From: an uncultured Gammaproteobacteria bacterium
GTDB lineage: Bacteria > Pseudomonadota > Gammaproteobacteria > JACCXJ01
Direction: 5' to 3'
DNA: 32,102 bases
Assembly: GCA_963764725.1 (NCBI GenBank)
Contig: CAVXTM010000019.1
Span: forward strand, 1 to 32,102
Part shown: piece by piece, positions 26,429-32,102 of the stretch
How the letters are laid out: each line of letters begins with the position of its first letter
Position numbering within the stretch: the stretch's first letter is position 1
The notes under the pieces: model-generated
Told to the model about the DNA's origin: nothing
The model's input: the letters and a program-made list of their open reading frames with translations, nothing else
Database searches by the model: none
Position numbers and translations under genes: made by a program

Positions 26429-26521
26429 TCGACCGCCGGGCGTGCGTGCAGCGCGCCTTGCGTTGGCGATGGTTCGCCGGATGTCGGGCGGCACGCACCC
26501 CCGCTGGCCGGCAGCGTTCCC

Positions 26522-26543
26522 AGCATGCGTCGCGACGCATGCT
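26522..26543. repeat. Perfect 22-bp palindrome with no spacer
   Basis: AGCATGCGTCGCGACGCATGCT is its own reverse complement. Confidence 0.85.
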
Positions 26544-26550
26544 CGCGGCC

Positions 26551-26659
26551 TCAGTCGACGATGAACCGCTCGGCGTTCGGGTCGAGGTCACGCTCGCGGA
26601 ACGGCGTCCGGGTCCATCGCGTTGAACAATTGCTTCAGCTCGCCGACATGGATGTCGAG
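26551..26659 (-). pseudogene. Fragment of a conserved hypothetical protein gene
   Basis: The minus strand reads LDIHVGELKQLFNAMDP, then after a +1 shift at about 26608 PFRERDLDPNAERFIVD*. This resembles the QLFN.MDP.PF.ERDLD..AE.FIV.W motif I recall from a hypothetical family. It is not in the ORF track. Confidence 0.55.
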
Positions 26660-26741
26660 CCGAGCTGGATTCCTTGGTTGCAGGTTCTGTCTTTCTGTTT
26701 GGGCATCGGCGCCGTCGAGGGTCCGATGGAGGTCGCGTTGT

Positions 26742-29700
26742 TCAACGTTTGATTTTGGCAAGCGTGGCGTAAAGCACCGGGACCACCACTAGGGTCACTA
26801 TTGCTCCAAATGCCAAACCCGACATGAGCGTGGCCGCCAGGCCGACCCAAAAAACATCCTGCAGCAACGGGGTAACACCGACGACCGTCATCCCCGCAGC
26901 CAGGAGCACAGGCGTCAAGCGTGAGACGGCACCATCGATCAGCGAGTCGTAGGGACTTTTGCCGTGCGCGAGGTTGTGATGGACCTCCTCGAGCAACACG
27001 ATGGAGTTCTTGATCATCATGCCGGCGACGCCCATGGCGCCGAGCAGAGCCAGGAAGCCGAAGGGCACGCCAAAGGCTAACAACCCTAGGCTGGGGCCAA
27101 TGGCGGCAAACGGGAGGGCGAGAAGGATCGCGAAAAGCGGCCGGAGCCCATTGAACAACGCCACGATAGTCAAAAGCATGACGGCGGCCATTGGAATGAT
27201 TCCGGGAAGCAAAGAGGCTTGGGACTGCACAGTGTCCTCATATTCGCCGCCCCATTCCAGGCGATAACCCGGCTGGCAGTTTGATCGCTTCGAAGTCGGC
27301 GAGAACACTCTGACGCAAGGTCGGCAGGGTCACGCCGCTGATCGGATTGGCCTGCACGGTAATCGTGCGACGCCGGTCCCTGCGCACGATAGCCGGATCC
27401 TCCCATTCAGTGCGCAGTTGGCCGGTAACCTGGGACAACGGAATGGTCTGACTGGAAAAGCCTGGCTGTACTTGCAGGACATCCATCCCAGTGATGTTGG
27501 CGCGCTCCGCTTCGACATTGCGCAAAACGATGGGAATCAGATCGTCGCCTTCGCGGTACGTTCCGACGACCCGACCGTCAAATGACCGCTTGGTTGCCTT
27601 GGCAATATCGCCGCGCGTCACGCCCGCCCAGCGTGCGCGCTCCGGGGTATATTCAAGCTCGACCCTCGGCACTCTCTGGCGCCAGTCTGCCTGTATCGGA
27701 CCGGCCAGAGGACTGGCGTGCAGGATGGCTGTGCCCTGCTCGGCGATCGACCGCAGCAAACCAGGATCCGCAAGCGCGGGACCGCTAAAACGGACCTCGA
27801 ATCTCCAGGTATTGCTGGGCCCGACGCCGTACTTTCGGATAGGCACCAGGGCTTCCCGCAAGTTTTCCGTGACCCAAGGCGTGCAGATCCGCGATCAACG
27901 CGTCAACGTCCCTGAACGAATGCATGTTGACAACAAGCTGGGCGTAGGAGGGGTTCGGCGCTTCAGGGCTTACCGGAAGGTAGAAACGCGGCGGTCCGCC
28001 GCCGATGAAAGCGTTCACGCTCTCTACCCGTTTGTCCGATAGGAGCTTCTGCTCGAGGCGCTTAAGATCCGACGAGACTTGCTGGATCCGCGTGCCTTCC
28101 GGCGCCCAGTAGTCGATCATGAATTTCGCCATCGAAGCGTCCGGGAAAAACAGCTGCTCCACTTTGCCGAAAGCAAAAACCGCAACGATTAAAAGCCCCA
28201 CCATGCTCGCAATCGTAAACCATCGATAGCGAACGGCCGCTTCAAGAAACGCTCTGTAGCCGCGATAGAGACCACCGGCATAAGGATCGCCGGCCGTGCC
28301 GCCCTCCTTGGGGGTGGGCAGCATGTCGAAACACTGTAGCGGTGTTAGCGTCATCGCGAGCAGCCAGCTCAAGAGCAGTGAGATCGCGACGACGATAAAA
28401 AGCGTGCGGCAGTACTCGCCGGCACCCTCCGTGGAGGCGAAGATGGGATAGAAGGCCATGATTGCCACCACCGTGGCGCCGAGCAAGGGCCAGGCCGACT
28501 GAGCGGCGCCCTCGATGACGGCCTGCCCGCGCTCCATGCCTTTCTTGAGGCGCATGGCGGTGCCTTCCGCGACCACGATCGAGTTATCCACGATCTCGCC
28601 CAGTACAACGATGAGCGCGCCAAGAGACATGCGCTCAAGATTGATGCCCCAGATCGCCATCATCACGAAAGTGCCGAGAACGGTGAGCACCAACGATGAG
28701 CCAATCATCAGGGCGATGCGCCAGCCCAGGACGAACGTCACGATGACAAGCACGAGCAGCACTGCCTGATAAAGTTTGGTGAAAAATCCTGTCACCGCGT
28801 AGGCAATGTAATCCGATTGCCAGTGCACGCGGTGCACCTCGACGCCTATCGGAAGTTCTCCCGTCAATTCCGCCAGGCGGCGCTCCACCGCCCGTCCAAC
28901 GGCAACCACATTGGCCCCCGAGACATTGGTGATCGCAATGGCGAGCGCCGGTTGGCCGTTGTAGCGCATCATCGTGCGCGGCGGGTCAACATGGCCGCGA
29001 CTCACTGTGCCGATGTCCCGGATGCGAATCAACTCATCGCCGTCGGCAGGCTGGGTCTGGGTCGCGCGATCTTGCAGCCTCTCGGTTATGGACGCACGGA
29101 GCACAAGATCGGCGATGTCGGAGGGTGATTGAAACTCCCCCGTGGGCGCGATGCGGAGCCGGCCGGTCTGGACATCCACCTTGCCGGCATCGACCACCAC
29201 GTTTTGTCGCTGCAGGGCATTTTCTATGCTTTGCTCGGTCAGCCCGAGGTTGGCGAGCTGGGTATCGGAAACATTGAGATAAACAACCTGATCCCGCACC
29301 CCCCATAGCTGCACTCGCGCCACCCCTTTGACCAGGCTCAACTCCGTCCTCAGATCCTTGGCGTATCTTTCCAGGTCGGCATAATTGTAACCATCGCCGG
29401 TGATGGCCAGCAGCAAGCCAAAGACGTCGCCGAAGTCGTCGGAAACAATCGGCCTGCCGACTCCCGGAGGAAGAGTAGCTTCGATATCGCGGATTTTTCT
29501 CCGCATCTCGTCCCAGACTTGTGGCAGTCGATCGGACCAGAATTCCGGCTTGATGTTAACTTCGATGAGCGACAAGCCGCTTCTCGAGAAGGACTTGAGG
29601 TAGTCAAGCTGAGTCATATCCTGGAGCGCGACCTCGATGCGGTCCGTGACTTCGAGCTCGACTTCGGCTGGACTGGCGCCCGGATAGGGCGTGACAATAA

Positions 29701-29836
29701 TGGCGGTCTTGACCGTGAACTCAGGATCTTCGAGTTTTCCCAGGCTGAAATAGCTGGCGATACCGGCCGCCGCCAGGAGAAACACGGCGAAATAGATGAC
29801 CGCCTTATTTTTGATGGCGAATAAGACGATGCTCAC
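26742..29836 (-). pseudogene. AcrB/AcrD/AcrF-family RND permease, split by two +1 frameshifts (about 27883 and 27270; probably sequencing errors)
   Basis: GTG start overlaps the MFP stop (GTGA). EDPEFT, YPGASP.EVE, TM4 VDNSIVV, GGGPPRFY, GYRLEWGGE, TM10 IKNSIVL and SRL.PV. The three ORF pieces join to about 1030 aa after removing two bases. Confidence 0.9.
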
Positions 29837-30951
29837 GACGTTGGAACCTGCTCCGCCATTCGAACCTTTTGCCCGTCGCGCAGAGAATGAACGCCGGCGG
29901 TTGCGATCCACTCGCCCCGCTGCAATCCGGCGCGCACCACCGTTCCGGCATTGGTGACCGTGCCCAAAGTTACTTCGCGCCGCGCGACTGTCTTCGTTGG
30001 GTCATTGATCACCCAGACGTAAGTCTTACCGCCCTCGCCTGAGGAAAAAGTGGCTCCCATGGGAATGATGATTTGGCCGCCGTCGCTCCCGGCCCGCTCC
30101 AGCGATCCTGCCTCGGCCCGCCCAGCCATTCCCGGCAGGATCTTCGCGTTTTTCGGCTGATTCATCACCAAGGTCATCGGAAACGTCCGCGTCAGCTGGG
30201 ACGCCTCGGGGCTGACTTCGAGAATCTGCGCCGCCACTTTCTCATCCGGGAACGAATCAAAAACTACGGCAAGGCCCTTAACCCGCTTCGCTACGGAAAT
30301 AAGATTCTCCGGAATATTGACAACCATCTTGATGCGGGAGGTGTCGACCACCCGCACGACGGGTTGGTTGGGCTTTACCTGTTCGTAGTTTTCCACGTAG
30401 GTCGCCACGACAGTGCCGCCAAAGGGCGCGCGTAGATGGGTATCTTCCAACTGATCGCGCGCGGAATCCACCGCCGCTTGCAGCGATGTGATGCTTCCCC
30501 GGGCGCGGTCGCGCTGCTCCCGGGCCCGGTCAATGGCCGACTCGCTGGTGGCGCCGGGGTCTTCCTTGAAAATTCGCTGCTGCCGCTCGTAATCGCTCTC
30601 CGCGCGCGCCACCGAGGCGCGCGTTTCCTCGAGCTGTCCCTGGGCCTGGCGCAACCCGACGTCGTAATCCCGCGGGTCGATGCGCGCGAGCACCTGACCC
30701 TTTTTCACGACTTCCCCCACTTTTACCGGAAACTGGATCAGTGGACCGCCAATCCGAAAAGAGAGATTGAGCTCCTGGTAGGCCTGGGCCCGTCCCGGAA
30801 ACGACCTCCCCAGCTCTCCGACAATCTCTCCCACCCTCATCGCAGGGACCCGACGAACGATCTCCTCGGGTGGTGGTTCTTTCCGATCGCAAGCCGAGAA
30901 CAAAAGCGACGAAAGCAGCACGATTGAAACAAATGAGTTTCTTGAGCTCAT
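29833..30951 (-). CDS. RND efflux periplasmic adaptor (membrane fusion protein), lipoprotein
   Basis: ATG 30951, lipobox LFSAC, LSFRIGG..V..G..VKKGQVLARID, LRAPFGG, ILPGM and GL..GE.I..AG. Confidence 0.92.
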   Translation of the reverse strand: MSSRNSFVSIVLLSSLLFSACDRKEPPPEEIVRRVPAMRVGEIVGELGRSFPGRAQAYQELNLSFRIGGPLIQFPVKVGEVVKKGQVLARIDPRDYDVGLRQAQGQLEETRASVARAESDYERQQRIFKEDPGATSESAIDRAREQRDRARGSITSLQAAVDSARDQLEDTHLRAPFGGTVVATYVENYEQVKPNQPVVRVVDTSRIKMVVNIPENLISVAKRVKGLAVVFDSFPDEKVAAQILEVSPEASQLTRTFPMTLVMNQPKNAKILPGMAGRAEAGSLERAGSDGGQIIIPMGATFSSGEGGKTYVWVINDPTKTVARREVTLGTVTNAGTVVRAGLQRGEWIATAGVHSLRDGQKVRMAEQVPTS

Positions 30952-30961
30952 CCGGTCCCTC

Positions 30962-32102
30962 TTACCATAATGGCCACCACCAGCGTTTCCTTTCCTCTGG
31001 AGGCCGGCCGGGTTCTTCCGGAAGAATCCCGCCCCAGTCCGTCCGGGTGACCATCTCTTTCTGGATATCTGGCGGCACAAAGGGCTTGCCATCACGAATT
31101 TGCCAGCCTCCGCCAAGCGCCTTGTAAAGGCTCACGAGATTGATTACAACGTTGCCCTGGGTGGCGGCCAGGTTGTCCTGTTGTTGCACTAAAAATCGCT
31201 CCGAATCGAGAACCCTAATGAAGTCAACAGCTCCGTCACGGTACTGGATCAAGGACAGATCCGTGGAACGTCTCGCGGCAGCGACGCTCTCGACGAGAAA
31301 CGATACTTGCTCTTGGCCACGCAGGTACGCCGCGATGGAGTCTTCCACTTCCTGGGCCGCGCGCAGCACCGTATTCCGGTAGTTGGCCACCAATTCTTGG
31401 AACCGAGCGTCTTCGGTTCGGACTCTATTGCGAATCCGCCCGTAGTTAAAGATGTCCCAACGTAAAAGAGGGGCCCGCCAGCCAAGTCCCGCTCCGATGG
31501 TTGAACCATTTGCTGAATTCGGTCGATTCCACTCCGACAGAGCCCGCCAAGACAAAATGCGGATAGAGATCCGCGGTAGCGACCCCAATGAGAGCGCTTT
31601 GGGCGGCGAGCTGAAACTCAGCCCGTTGAATATCGGGACGCTGGCGCAGCAGTTCCGCGGGCAGGCCCACTGCGACCTCAGATGGCGGGCTTGGGATGAT
31701 CGCTGGTCCAGCAAGTTCTGTCTGGAGTTGGCCCGGCGGTTCGCCGAGCAGGACACTCAAAGCATTTTTCGCCTGGCTGATACTCGCTTCCAAACTCGGA
31801 ATCAAGGCCTGGGTATCTTCTAGGAGCGCTCTAGCCTGCGTGACGTCCAACTGCGTGACGACTCCAGCTCGGTAGCGCACGTCGGCAATTTGTAATGTTC
31901 GCTCCTGAATACGCACGTTCTCTCGAGCCAGATTGAGCCGTTGGTCCAAATCACGAAAGGATACGTAGGTGCGCGCGACTTCGGCGACCAGAGAGATCAG
32001 GAAATCGTCATAAGCGGCAATCGTGGCGTGGACCCCTCGATCGGACGCTTCGATCGAGCGACGAAATTTTCCCCACACGTCCAATTCCCAGGCCATATCG
32101 AA
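30962..32102 (-). CDS. NodT/OprM-family outer membrane factor, 5'-partial, with a +1 frameshift at about 31465
   Basis: WELDVWG, LL.QRPDI..AE and ADLYP in one frame, then WDIFNYGRI, A.QEVED and V.LYKALGGGW in the next. The start lies beyond the window. Confidence 0.9.

Noticed and set aside
1-32102. CRISPR arrays, tRNA/rRNA genes, transposases, integrases and anti-phage defence genes
   Set aside because: None recognised by eye; there are no regularly spaced direct repeats. tRNAscan, Infernal and DefenseFinder runs would be needed to exclude them formally.

Overview
A GC-rich bacterial window (Gram-negative, judging by lipoproteins, a Tat substrate and a tripartite RND pump) that reads as a mosaic envelope-stress/pH-homeostasis island. 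The + strand carries a DUF4105 (Lnb-like) membrane protein, a Rap1a/Tai-fold secreted protein, a glycine-zipper lipoprotein, HdeD, a tandem universal stress protein, a small lipoprotein, a Tat-exported beta-carbonic anhydrase, a patatin lipoprotein, a P-type cation ATPase, ppk2, an orphan AapJ-like binding protein abutting an ArsB/NhaD/SLC13-type permease, an internally deleted Na/Pi cotransporter and a flavin amine oxidase. After a divergent 589-aa membrane protein on the - strand comes a Yersinia/Brucella-type ureABCEFGD cluster, a urea transporter and a GntP-family permease. The right end holds a - strand OMF-MFP-RND efflux operon running off the window. Intergenic DNA contains two related ~130-bp MITE-like elements with REP-like cores, a hairpin-bounded IS200/IS605-like remnant, a 32-bp mini-IS with an 8-bp target duplication and a perfect 22-bp palindrome. 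Six frameshifts are all +1 insertions and are probably sequencing errors. The best candidates for new biology are the Rap1a-fold/Gly-zipper/HdeD cassette, the urease plus exported carbonic anhydrase buffering circuit, and the binding protein/secondary permease pair. All calls come from motif recognition by eye; no database searches were run.
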